Positions 27,162 through 39,565 of a DNA stretch of 64,000 nucleotides are shown here, piece by piece (within the stretch, counting starts at the first letter, position 1; every line of letters begins with the position of its first letter). The position numbers were made by a program, and so were the translations under genes. Source of the DNA: Octopus vulgaris (lineage: Eukaryota); contig OX597840.1 in NCBI GenBank assembly GCA_951406725.2, positions 35,712,001 through 35,776,000 on the forward strand, read 5' to 3'. Below the pieces are notes generated by a model. That model did not search any database. It saw only the letters and a program-made list of their open reading frames with translations, and was not told the DNA's origin.

Positions 27162-27726
27162 TATACATACACACTCATATATACATATATATATATATAC
27201 ATACATACACACACAAATATATATACATACACTCATATATACATATATATATATATATATACATACACACACACACATATATATATGGCTTCTGTGCTGG
27301 TGGCACATACAAAGCACCATATGAGTGTGGTCGATGCCTGTGCCGCCTGACTGGCTCCTGTGTCTGTGGCACATAAAACCCACCATTCGAGCATGGTCGA
27401 TGTCAGTGCTGCCTGACTGGCTTCTGTGTCGGTGGCATGCAAAAACCATCCACTATACTCTCAGTGGTTGGTGTTAGGATAGGTGACATTGTAGGATAGG
27501 TGTGAGAGGCTGGATCTGGCTAGTTTGACCATAAAATATGTAAAATAATTTGGCCACTGGGGTCGATGTAATCGACTTAATACCTATGTCTGTCCTTGTT
27601 TGTCCCCTCTGTGTTTAGCCCCTTTTGGGTAATATAGAAATAGGTAGAATATTTGGGCCGGTTTAAATGCTAAATGGTCAAACAATTTGTAATAAATTTT
27701 GATCCCTTTTTTTTTCCCCCCTTTAG

Positions 27727-27878
27727 ATTCTGAGGAGAAAGAAGGTGATAAGGAAGCAACCGAGACCGCTCCTGCTGAGACTGAAGAGGCTCCAAAGAAG
27801 GTGGAAGAGGAAGATGACCTGAAGAAAGCTACCCCAGCAACGGAGATCACTCCGGCTGCGACCGAAGTGGCTGCTTAA
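27727..27878 (+). CDS. RDH-like SDR, coding exon 7 (acidic tail, stop)
   Basis: Acceptor cccctttag|. (D)SEEKEGDKEATETAPAETEEAPKKVEEEDDLKKATPATEITPAATEVAA*, stop TAA 27876-78. The phase matches exon 6 and the E/K-rich composition continues. Too short to appear in the ORF track on the + strand. Confidence 0.85.
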
Positions 27879-28574
27879 GGAGAGGGGCCCGGAAATTGGT
27901 GAAAACTAAATGAATTAAAGAATTTGAAAAAAAAAAAAAGATAAAACAAAACAAAACAATAACAACAAAAAAACACTAAACAAAAGCCACAAAGAAAAAT
28001 CTCTTATAATAATAATAATAATAATAATAATACTAATAACATCTCAGCAAAATAATAATATTGGTAATAATAATAATAATAATGTTGATGGTTTTGAAAT
28101 TGTATGTGACCAGTTTGTCACGGCTTCGCATCAGTGGAAGTTAGTGTGAGAAAAAGAAAGAAAAAAAAAAGTCAAATAAAGTACCAAACACACTTCAACA
28201 AAACAAAAATAATAATAATAATGATTAAAAAAAAAAAAAATGAACAAAACAAATACAGCAACACGAAAAACATTAAAAATTAAAAAAAAAAAACAGCCAC
28301 CCCCCCCCCCCCCAAAAAAAATTTAAATGATTTCCAATTTTTTAAAATTTTTATTTAGCTTTGTCTAAATAATAATAATAATAATGATGATGATAATAAT
28401 AATAATAATGATAATTGCTCTTGTATATTTTAATTTTTTTTTTTTTTGTTTTTTTTGTTTTGTCGTTTCCCAGCCTATCTTTTGTTGGCACCGTCTCTTT
28501 TTGGTCTCTGAATCTTGCTAAAGTTTAAATGTGACACTGTGTACGTGTGTGTGATGTATATATATATATATATA

Positions 28575-28614
<40 letters not shown>

Positions 28615-29929
28615 AGCATTTAGATGTGTGCGTACATATATATATATATATATATATATAAATAAGCATTTAAATGTGTGCGTACATATAAATATATATA
28701 TATATACACACACACACATCTATATATGCATATGTGTGTATATATATATATATATAGATATACCTATATATGTGTATATTTATATATGCATTATATATAA
28801 TAATACATACTTATGTGTATTTATATATGTATGTATATATGTATATTTATATATATATATGTATGTATATATGTATATTTATATATATATATGTATGTAT
28901 ATATGTATATTTATATATATGTATATATGTATATTTATATATATGTATATATATTGTACACACACACACACACACCTCCCCCTTCGCCTTTTTCAAATGG
29001 TTAATTAGGAAGAAACATGAATAAATACACTGTGCTGCTGTTAATTGGCATTTTTATCCTTGTAATCATTTCTTCAAACCCTTACATCCTCTCTTTCTCT
29101 CGCTCTCCTTCTCTCCTTTCGCTCTTCTTCATCTTCATTTCCTTCTTCTCTTCCCCAGCACTGCCAGACAAATAAAAAAAACAAAAAAAGGAAAAAAAAT
29201 AAAAAAACAAACAACAAACAAACAAACATGCAAAACCAAAAAAATTAAGCTTTCAAATAAAGTATTAATTAACGAGATATGATGTATCTGTTGCTTACTC
29301 GTTAAGCAATAATTAATTAAAAGGCTTGATTTCATTTCTTTTTTTTTTTTTGTAAATCTTTATTTTGTTTTGCAGAGGGGGTCGAAGTAGAATTAAAGCG
29401 AGGAGGCCCCGGTATCTCCCTATTTTTTCCTCTTCGTCCTCTTAACACCTTAACGAAACAATAACAAAACATTTCTAATTGAGGCTCAAGGCCTCAAAAT
29501 TTTGGAGGGAACAATTAAAAATTAACTCTAGCACTTCTATTTTATAACAACAATAATAATAATAATAATACAATAGTAATAATAATAATAATAATAATAA
29601 TAGCTGAAATATTTTATGGGGTTTGATTCTGTCTGTCTGTCTCTCGCCGTCTCAATTTTCCATAATGGCACTAACAAATTTTATTTTAATGTGGATCAGG
29701 AAAATTTGTGTCCGTAGACAGCTTTTTTTCTTTCGCTTTTATCTTTCTTCTCAACCTCTCCCCCTCCCCTCTATTTTTATTCTCTCTTTGTCCCCTCACC
29801 CGTATTGAGTTCTTTGCATCCTTCACGTGTTCAAGCCTTACAGATGGATTATGTGTATACATGTGTGTATGTATATATACATACAAATGTATATACATAC
29901 ATGTGTATACATATACTGTGTATATATAT

Positions 29930-29941
29930 ATACATAGATAC

Positions 29942-29972
<31 letters not shown>

Positions 29973-30445
29973 CATAGATACATGTGTATATATATATACA
30001 TAGATACATGTGTATATATATATACATAGATACATGTGTATATATATATACATAGATACATGTGTATATATATATACATAGATACATGTGTGTATATATA
30101 TACATAGATACATGTGTGTGTATATATATACATAGATACATGTGTGTGTATATATATACATAGATACATGTGTGTGTATATATATATACATAGATACATG
30201 TGTGTGTATATATATACATAGATACGTGTGTGTATATATATACATAGATACATGTGTGTATATATATACATAGATACATGTGTGTATATATATACATAGA
30301 TACATGTGTGTATATATATACATAGATACATGTGTGTATATATATACATACATGTGTGTATATATATACATACATGTGTATATATACATACATACATACA
30401 TGTGTGTATATATATATATATATATACATGTATATATATATATAG
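29930..30445. repeat. ~24-bp minisatellite (tatatatacatagatacatgtgtg)n
   Basis: Seen directly. Confidence 0.95.
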
Positions 30446-33129
30446 TACACATCCAGATGTGTGTATATTCATACGTTATGTATGTACACACAGGGACCCG
30501 AAATTTTCTAGTGTCCCCGCAAGAAAACCCAAATCTGTTTAAATGGAATTAATTCTAGGGAGCGGCAATGTCTGGTGGCGAGGAGAGAATAGGAGAAAAA
30601 TAAAGAAAAAAGGAGAGAATAAATAAAAGAATACATAAAAGAAAAGAAAAAAAACTTCAAAAAAACCACCCCCCAAAAAACAAAGCATTTATTATATACA
30701 AGAAAATCCAATATGTTTCTCTGGAGTCATTTGCCCATCTTTGTCTATTTTCTTTCATTTCTCAAGCATTAAAATTTAAAAAAAACTAAAGAGATCTTCC
30801 TTGTATTGGTCCCCGTCCCATCCATCCACCCACCCACCCACCCACTCTATATTCCATCAGAAGATTTAATTTAATTTTTCCAAATATATATATTTTTCTT
30901 TAATCAACCCTAACATATTTCATGCTGGACAGAGGTGTATATATACGATATATATATATATATATTTATGGGTGTGTGAAATCTGTCTATTTCTTTATGG
31001 TTCTATCGGGGGTCTAAAAATGAAACCTCAAACTCCCTGCATTTTTCAATTCTTGTTTCCTTGTCTTTTTTTGTTTCCCCCCCCCCCCCACCATCTCTTG
31101 GATATTATTTTCTGTAAGAATTTAATATTTTTTCTATCTAAAAAAACCAAAAAAAATCCCAAAAGATCAAAGTTAGTCACTAATTATTTCGTAAAGTTGA
31201 AATATAACAAACCAATTGCTCAACAACATAACCTGATCGATCAATCTATTGATCTATCTATATATATAAACATACATACGTAAACATACATAATGGTGTA
31301 TATATATAAATATATTATATACACACAATGTTCAAAATATTGAGATTGTTGCATGCTGTGGTGTATGTCTTGTAAAAAAAAATTGCCCTTGTAAAAATCT
31401 TCATTCTCTTCCTTAGGTTAGAATTTGCATTTACCGAAAGAGAAAGGAGGAATAATAATAAGTAAAAACAAAAAATGAAATATAATAATTAAAAAAAAAT
31501 ACTAATTCTTCTTTCCTCAATTTTTAGTAAGAACCCCCACTCCCAGCCAAATTCCATTCAAGAATGTCTCGGAAGTTCCTATATTTTTGATTTAACCTCC
31601 TTCCCCTTCTGGATTCCTCTGTATATATGGATGTCTGTCATAATTTCCAAACTTTCTCCATATATTCAATCTCAGTAATTCCACCGTTTTCTCCATTTAT
31701 TTTTTCCTGTCTTCTGAAAGAAATATTCCTAACAGGCAGCAGAAATATTTTGCCTTGCTCTCACACTCACCCTCAACCTCTTCTACATAAAAAAAACTCC
31801 CCCTCTTGTTCCTTACCATTTTGTGAGCTTAAGATCCAAAGCTCCCTCACTCCTTTTTTTCTTTCTAATTCTGTTATTTCTCTGAATTCCATTTCTAGAA
31901 TTCTACTGCTGTTGCTTCATTTATAAACTGGTTTTACCAGTTCCTTTACCAAAAATGAGCAAAAGAACCCCTTTCCCTAAAAAAAAAAAAAAAGCAAAGC
32001 CTCTAACAGGGCACCCGTCTGTCTCAAAGTATTTTATTTTTGGCATCTATTCCTGCAAGCAAGCAACTCAACTCACCTGCTCACTCCAAAGTTAATATTT
32101 TATTATTAAGGTAGATTTTTTTTTTTTTGTTTCAAATAATACATTCTTTGGAAAAAAAGAATGGTAAACAAAGAAATTGGTCTGGGAATCATAAATATTG
32201 GTTTGGAGGAAGAAATCTGTCTCCCATCTCTTTGAATACACACACACACATACATAAGTGTGTTTGTGTATGTACATATATATAATATATACACACACAA
32301 GCATACGTATGTGCTTATATGTATATATATATATACACACACGTGTATATATATGTATATATAATGATAATATTAGGGAGTAAATCCAAACTTACAGGGA
32401 AAAATTAGATTTAGGATTAAATCTAATTTTACAGTATAAATATATATATATATATTTTAAATTAATATATATATATGTATATACGTGTGTATGTTTAGAT
32501 ACTTCAAGAATTTAGGGTTTTGCATGCAGTTTTTGGTTCATTTTATTTTTAAGAATTTTTTTTTCTCTAATTTAAATATTTTTGCATCATATTCTTTTAA
32601 TTCTTCCTCGTTTTGCTAACGAAAGTCGGATAAAAAATTTTGTTTTTTTACATAAAACAAAAAAAAAAAATCTTATCCATTTTGACCAATGTTACTAAAA
32701 AAAAAACCCCCAAAAAAACGAAGGAAAAAACCTGAAATAAAATTGAGTGAAATTTTATTTTACGAAAGATTTAACTCCACCCCCCAACTCCCACCCCACC
32801 GTCAATTTCAGAATTAAAATTTGTCCTTTTACCCTGCTCCGTGAGGGTTTTGTATATTGGTGTGAATGAGTGCGTTTGCTGACAATGTCCAGTTTTTCTA
32901 ACCAAATTTGTCAATTATTTATCAATTTCATTTTTTGTCTGTTTTCTTTGTTTTCTTTGTATATCTCTTTCAAATTCCCTTGTAAACCATTTTCAAAGAC
33001 TTAAGCTTGAGATACAAAAATTTTAGCCTGGCTATTATTTTTCTTCTACTTCCCCGATAAAAAAGCAAGTGTATGCATATTTCTGACCCTTTTATCGTGA
33101 AAGGTCATCTTTACGACATTAAATACTCT

Positions 33130-33460
33130 ATGTACATCTGTGTATATGTGTGTGTATATATATATATATATGTATATATATGCATGTGAATATACAGGTG
33201 TGTATGTATATATATATGTATATGTGTGTATTTATATATATGTATATATATATGTATATGTGTGTATTTATATATATGTATATGTATATGTGTGTATTTA
33301 TATATATGTATATGTATATGTGTGTATTTATATATATGTATATGTATATGTGTGTATTTATATATATGTATATATATATGTATATGTGTGTATTTATATA
33401 TATGTATATATATATGTATATGTGTGTATTTATATATATGTATTTATGTGTATGTATAGT
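33130..33460. repeat. Compound TA/TG minisatellite (tatatatgtatatgtgtgtatt)n
   Basis: Seen directly. Confidence 0.95.
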
Positions 33461-36400
33461 AAATACATCAAAGTACTTGCAAGTGATCTTTCTTTCATTT
33501 AATATTACAAAGAGTAAGAGGCAAGCTCTCGGCAAGTAGTGTCTTGGGTTCAATTCCTACCAGTGGAAACCAGGTTTGCTGGTGTTTTTTTTTTCTTTTT
33601 TTTTAAATTTAAAACAAATATTTTTTACTTGCACTGCTATTGCCTTTTTTGTGAAGGGGGCATGAACATCACAACACTTTACAAACTCCTTTTTTTTTTG
33701 CTTTTCTGTATTTGAGAGCCTTGCCTTGCTGATTGGCTGTCCATCATTGGATTATAACACCTGACCCCCTTGTCCCTTTCTTGCAACTTAACCTTTGTTC
33801 AAAACTAACAATAATAATATTTGTTTCATCCTCTCTCTCCTCTTCCCCACCCTTCACTTTTAGCCAGGAGATAATTATTCTTATTTTGCCTTACCTTTTT
33901 TCTTTCCATAATTTTCATCTTGATTTATTATTCATCATGAAATAAAACATTTAAATATATTCAAACACAAAACCCTAACTGACATTTTTTTTTCCAATTT
34001 TTTTTTTTCCCTCTTCCCATCATTGTGTTTTGGCAATCAATGTTATGACTGTTAAATAATTATATGTCCTTTTTTTTTTTTTTTTTTCTTTGCTCAGTTG
34101 GCATTTACAAAATAACAAAATGGAAAAATATATTTTTATTTTTTAGGATATAAAAAAAAACAAAAAAACTTTAAACTATCCTAACCTAATTCTGCTTCTT
34201 ATAATATTAGAAATGTTAGATATGATTAATAAAGTGTCTCTCTCTCTCTCTCTCTTTCTCTTTTTCTGACATTGTTCATTTTGTGTTTGTCGTTTTAGCA
34301 ACATCTTGTTCTTTACTACAACATCTCTTCTTTCTTTGGTTGTTCAACTCAAACTATAAACCTAAATTTAAGAAAAAAGCAAAAAAAATAAAGCCAAAAA
34401 ACCCCCCAAAATCTCATACCAGTCGTTTCATATAAACTTGATTGCTAATATTTTTCCAATCAGAAAATCCGAGTTCCTACCAAAAGTGGCTGGTGAGTCT
34501 TCTCTACAATGAACGCTGTTCGGTTGGATACTTGTAATATTTTCTGGTTGAAAGATTCATTGGTAACCAAGCTAATATAAAATTATTGACATTAGAGGTT
34601 TTGATTTAGATGCCATTGAAGAATATATTGTCCACTTTCCCTGTGTCAAGCAGTTTCTTCTAATTCAATTTCTGCAATGGATGTCTATATATATATATTT
34701 ACACACATACATACATACAAACTACAGAAAAGTGTAATAATGTTTGGATTATTAACCTTAATTAGCAATGGTTTACGACACATCATTAATTAATTAACGT
34801 GTCAAGCTAGCAGAATCATAAGCAGTATTCTGTCCATCTTTATGTTCCGAGTTCGAATGCTTCTGTGGCCGTTTTCATCTTTTTATCCTTTTGGGTCAAT
34901 GTAATCAACTAATCTGTCCCCTTAATTTCAGGCCTAATCCTTATGATAGGATTATTGGGACCTTAGCTTTTACTTTCAAATTTAGTATGATGAGGGGGTG
35001 ATGTTTCCAACACACATTTAATTTGAACTTTTTCTTCAGTGGTGGTGGGCAGGTGAATGTTTCTTGCAATGGGGCCAATAACAGCTCACCCAGACTTTCT
35101 CAAGCATATTTTTATCTTACATCCTATTTTGAGCTGTCCCCCCCCCAAAAAAAATGCCCTCACCATGAGTGGCACAGTTAGTACATAGTGTATTTACTAA
35201 AGGAACTTTAATTAAAACTCTGAGTTTTATTCTCTCAATGCTTACTTACACTCCATTCTGTAGTAACCTCTGCCACCTCCAAAATAGTGCCGCTTCCCAC
35301 TAGAACAACACATGCTTCGGACCTCGGAAAACTGAGCTAACTCTCAATCATTGTTCCTTAAAGCTAGAAAGTTGTAGAGTTTGGATTTTCTTTCATATTC
35401 GGGGATATCTTTGAGATAACTTTCTGTTGTTCCTTCAAGAAATCTATATTTATACATTCCTTCTCTCCCTGCTGCTCTTTTTCTTCTCTCTTTCTTTCAC
35501 CTGCCAATAATCAGATCGGAAGCTATTAAAAGAAAGCACTCCATTCTTCTTTCTGCAGTGTTTACAACATACATATATTTATAAACTATACATGCAGTGT
35601 ATATATGCACACACATAGATACTGGAAGTTCTTTTATTTTTCTTTGCTGCAGAGATAAAGCTGCTTGGCAAGTAAAAAGATCTGGTTTCAAATCTCAGTT
35701 GAATCCAGGTTGCAGTGTATTTTTTTAAAAACTTGCTCTGCTGTTGTCTTTGGGAAGGGGCAATGGATGAATGTCCTACAACTGCATTACATTCCTTCTC
35801 TAGTGAACTCGTGGCTTTTACCTAAAATAAATAACCGACATATATATATATATATATAAAAACATTCCTACATATTCCACTGTCACATGCAATGTTAGAA
35901 GTTTAAAAAAATCCTGTTTTCCATGCTTTCCCCCTCTTGCCTCATATCCATAAAACCTAGCTCTATGCGTGTGTGTGTGTTTGTGTTTTTCTGTGTGTCC
36001 CCTCAAATCCTCCACACACATGCCATTCACAAGAACACCCTTTGTAATCTTAACAGCTTCTCAGAAATGTTCCTCCTTCCCACAGACTTATACCCCGCCC
36101 AACCTTCCTTCTAATTCTATGTGGTGCTAAGAAGTAATTTGCCTTAATCCATCTGCGATACATACATATATAATATATACATACATGTGTGTGTATATAT
36201 TATATATACATATATATACCCCTGCTTTGTTGCTGAAGTACAACTAATAATACTAACGTGGTTCACTTATGTACTTAATTAATTTTCTGTAAGCCTTTGC
36301 ATGTGTTTCGATTCCAATAAAGTATGCATGTACAAGTAACTGCCTTTCTCTCTCTGTCTGTCCGTCTGTCTCTCCTAGCTGTGTCTCTTTATCTTATTCT

Positions 36401-38364
36401 AATCTCATACAAGAAGCTGATCTCTGTCTATCCATAACAGCTGTGTAGAGAAAGGGGAGGAATCAAGAGATAATTCCTATCACAACGTATATTGAAAAGG
36501 GGAGTTGTTGAGAGAAATGCAGTGAGTGTGTGAAAGATATAGGTAGTGTTTTCTCCATAGTAACTAAAGTTTTGATTAAAAACGGGAATTTTAAGTGCAG
36601 GTTGGTCAACACAATGCAACACAGACTTTGGTGAACACATGTTTATATATAGTTTAGGTTGTTTGTGTTTGTTTTCACATAGAGATAACACAAAATAGAC
36701 TTAAAAAAGATGCTTTTTCTATAATGGCAGGATGTTGAGTGTGTATGTGAGAGTGAAAGGTAGGATTAAAATTGTTTCAAGAAAAAAGAAAATCTGATTT
36801 TGTTGAGCACATCAATGTGCCTCTGCTGAAGGAGGCCGATTTGTTCAGCTAAAAACCTTCAACGCGGTGCTCCAGCATGGCTGTAGTCAAATGACTAAAA
36901 CAAATAAAAGTAAAGATATATTTTGTTCAACTAAACCACTAAAGGTAGTGCTCCAGCATGGGCTCAGTCCAACAACTGAAGTAGGAAAAGATAAAATACT
37001 GGTTTGGCTGTGTGGTAAGAAGTTTGTTTCCCAAGCACATGGTTCCGGGTTCAGTCCCACAGTGTGGAACATTGGGCAAATTTCTTTTATAGCCTTGGGC
37101 TGACCAAGGCCTTGCTAAGGGGTTTGGTAGATAGAAACTGAAAGAAGCCCTTCATATATTTTATTTGTTTGTCATTTGACTGTGGCCAGGCTGGAGCACC
37201 GCCTTTAGTCGAACAAAAAGACTTCAGGTTTTATTCTTTGTAAGCCTAGTACTTAGCAGTTCAGCAAAAGAGACTAAGTTATGAGGACATAAACACACCA
37301 ACATTGGTTGTCAAGTAGTGGTTGGGGACAAACACGCATGCACATACATACAAACATATGCATATATATATATAATATGATGGGCTTCTTTCATTTTTCG
37401 TCTTACCAAATCCACTCAGGGCTTTGGTTGGTCCAAGGCTGAAGTAGGCAACACTTGCCCATGGCACAGCGCAGTGGGATTGAACCTGGAGCCATGTGGT
37501 TGGGAAGAAAGCTTCTTACGAGACAGCCATGCCTGCACCTATGATATATATACATGTGTGTGTGTGTGTGAGAGTCTGTGTTTATGTGTGTGAGCGTATG
37601 TGTGAATACGCATGTCCGTGTGTATTTGTGTTTATGTATGCGTGTGCATGTGTATTTGTGTGTGTATGTGTGTGCGCCTGTATTTGTCCACAGCTGGGCA
37701 ACCAGTGTTGGTGTGTTTACGTCCCTGTAACTTACTGGTTTGGCAAAAGACTCCAACAGAATTAGGAGCCAGCTTAAAAAAAAACCAAAACACTGGTCGA
37801 TTTCATCAACTGAAATTTCTTGATGGCGATGCCCCAGCATGGCCGCAGTCTAATGACTGAAACAAGTGAAAGATAAAGAGATGGACGTGAGGGTCACGCA
37901 AACCCGCATCACCACCTGGCCACCCTTTGACTCCTTTTCCCCACCTCTCATCCCCCACCTTCCCTCTGTGTTCAGTACAGTCATCAGCAAAGAGGACCTT
38001 GACCCCAAGGAGGTCAAGAAGGTTGGTCACCCTTGACTCACACCCTTGACCAGTTCTTTTACTGCAGGCAGGGGTGGTGGTGGGGAAGGGGGTGAAATTA
38101 TTCAATGACGTCGAGGAAGAGCTTTGAAAGAGTGGTTTTGAAAATTATTTTTACTAATTAATTATATTATACTCATCTTCATATAATCATATATATATAC
38201 GCACACACTCATACATGCTTGCATAGACATAGACATACATATATAAATGCATAAATACACACATATACATTCACACATACAAACATACATACACACATGC
38301 ACACATACATACATATACTTGCATATATAGATATATAAATGCATAAATACATGCACACATACAC

Positions 38365-38402
<38 letters not shown>

Positions 38403-39164
38403 TCATGCATACATTCATATATACATTCATACACACATACATACACACACATACATTCATACATACATGCACACACACATACAGACACACACATACATTC
38501 ATACATACACATACATAATACATATATATACACACGCACGCACGCAGGCAGGTGTGTGTGCACACATTATCTGCCTATCTTTTTTTTTATTCTTTTACAC
38601 ATTTCAGCCATTGGAGTGTGGCCATACTGGAGCACTGTCTTGAAACATCCAGTGAACGAAATTGATCTCGGAACCGACTTCTAAGTCTGATGCTTACTCT
38701 ATCAATGTCTTCGTGCCAAACCGCTAAGTCTTGGAGGAATGGCTTAGGGGATTGGTTTAATATTTGGTTGCAGAAAATCACGTGAGGATATGATAGGAAA
38801 TTCTAAAAGCATGAGTGGAATTCTCCACGATAAAGGAGTTTGTGAAGATTTGTGAACAGGGGACAAATGATATGGAGTTGGGAGCGGCGGGGAAGGACAT
38901 TCAACCATTTATGTGGTTGAGAAGCTTGCTTTGTGACCATTTAGTTCTATGACTGGAATACGTGAAAGATATTTGCCCATCTGACGATCTGACCTTGCTC
39001 ATCCTTGTTCATCACCAGTAAATATAGAGTTAACCCCACCTTTTTTTTTAACTCTTTAGCATTTAAACTAGTTGTAGTCCCAAATATTCTACCTGTTTTA
39101 TGTTCAAACCAGCCAGATCCAGCCTCTCACGCCTACCCTACAATGTCATTCTAAAAATATACAG

Positions 39165-39565
39165 TCAGCGTCGCCTTACTGGCACTTGTGCCTGTGCTAG
39201 TAGGGTGCCAAGAGCACCATCCGAGCGTGATCGTTGCCAGAGCACCCAACTGGCTCCGTGCCCGTAAAAGGGCACCATTCGAGCGTGATTGTTACCAGCG
39301 TCGCCTCACATGTCGGTGGCATGTGTAAAAAGATTCGAGCGAGGTCATTGCCAGTACTGCCTGACTGGCCCCCATGCCGGTGGCACGTAAAAAGTACCCA
39401 ATACACTCTCAGAGTGGTTGGCGTTAGGAAGGAAATCCAGCTGTAGAAACTCTGCCAGATCAAGATTGGAGCCTGGTGTGGCCGTCTGGTTCGCCAGCCC
39501 TCAGTCAAAATCGTCCAACCCATGCCAGCATGGAAAGCAGACGTTAAACAACGATGATGATGATG
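39165..39565 (+). mobile_element. SINE family C (domain resembling MetaSINE, (GAT)n tail)
   Basis: gagtggttggcgttaggaagg..atccagctgtagaaac...ccaacccatgc.agcatggaaagc.gacgttaaa, then (gat)n. Other copies at ~1835-2030(-), 7815-8015, 9920-10078, 13843-14070(-), 16899-17085, 23584-24020(-) and 25410-25920. Confidence 0.75.

Larger units (their letters stand above)
27879..33970 (+). other. Probable long 3' UTR of the RDH-like gene
   Basis: About 6 kb nearly free of intact SINEs (unlike the introns), rich in homopolymers. Candidate AATAAA at 33941, followed by a U-rich stretch; another AATAAA at 36316. The end point is inferred. Confidence 0.4.

Noticed and set aside
28475-33553. Many YI/CV/HT-rich ORFs (also at 22794-23334, 26927-27449, 38162-38565, 51011-51625 and 60117-61003)
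   Set aside because: Frames that happen to stay open through TA/CA/CATA micro- and minisatellites.
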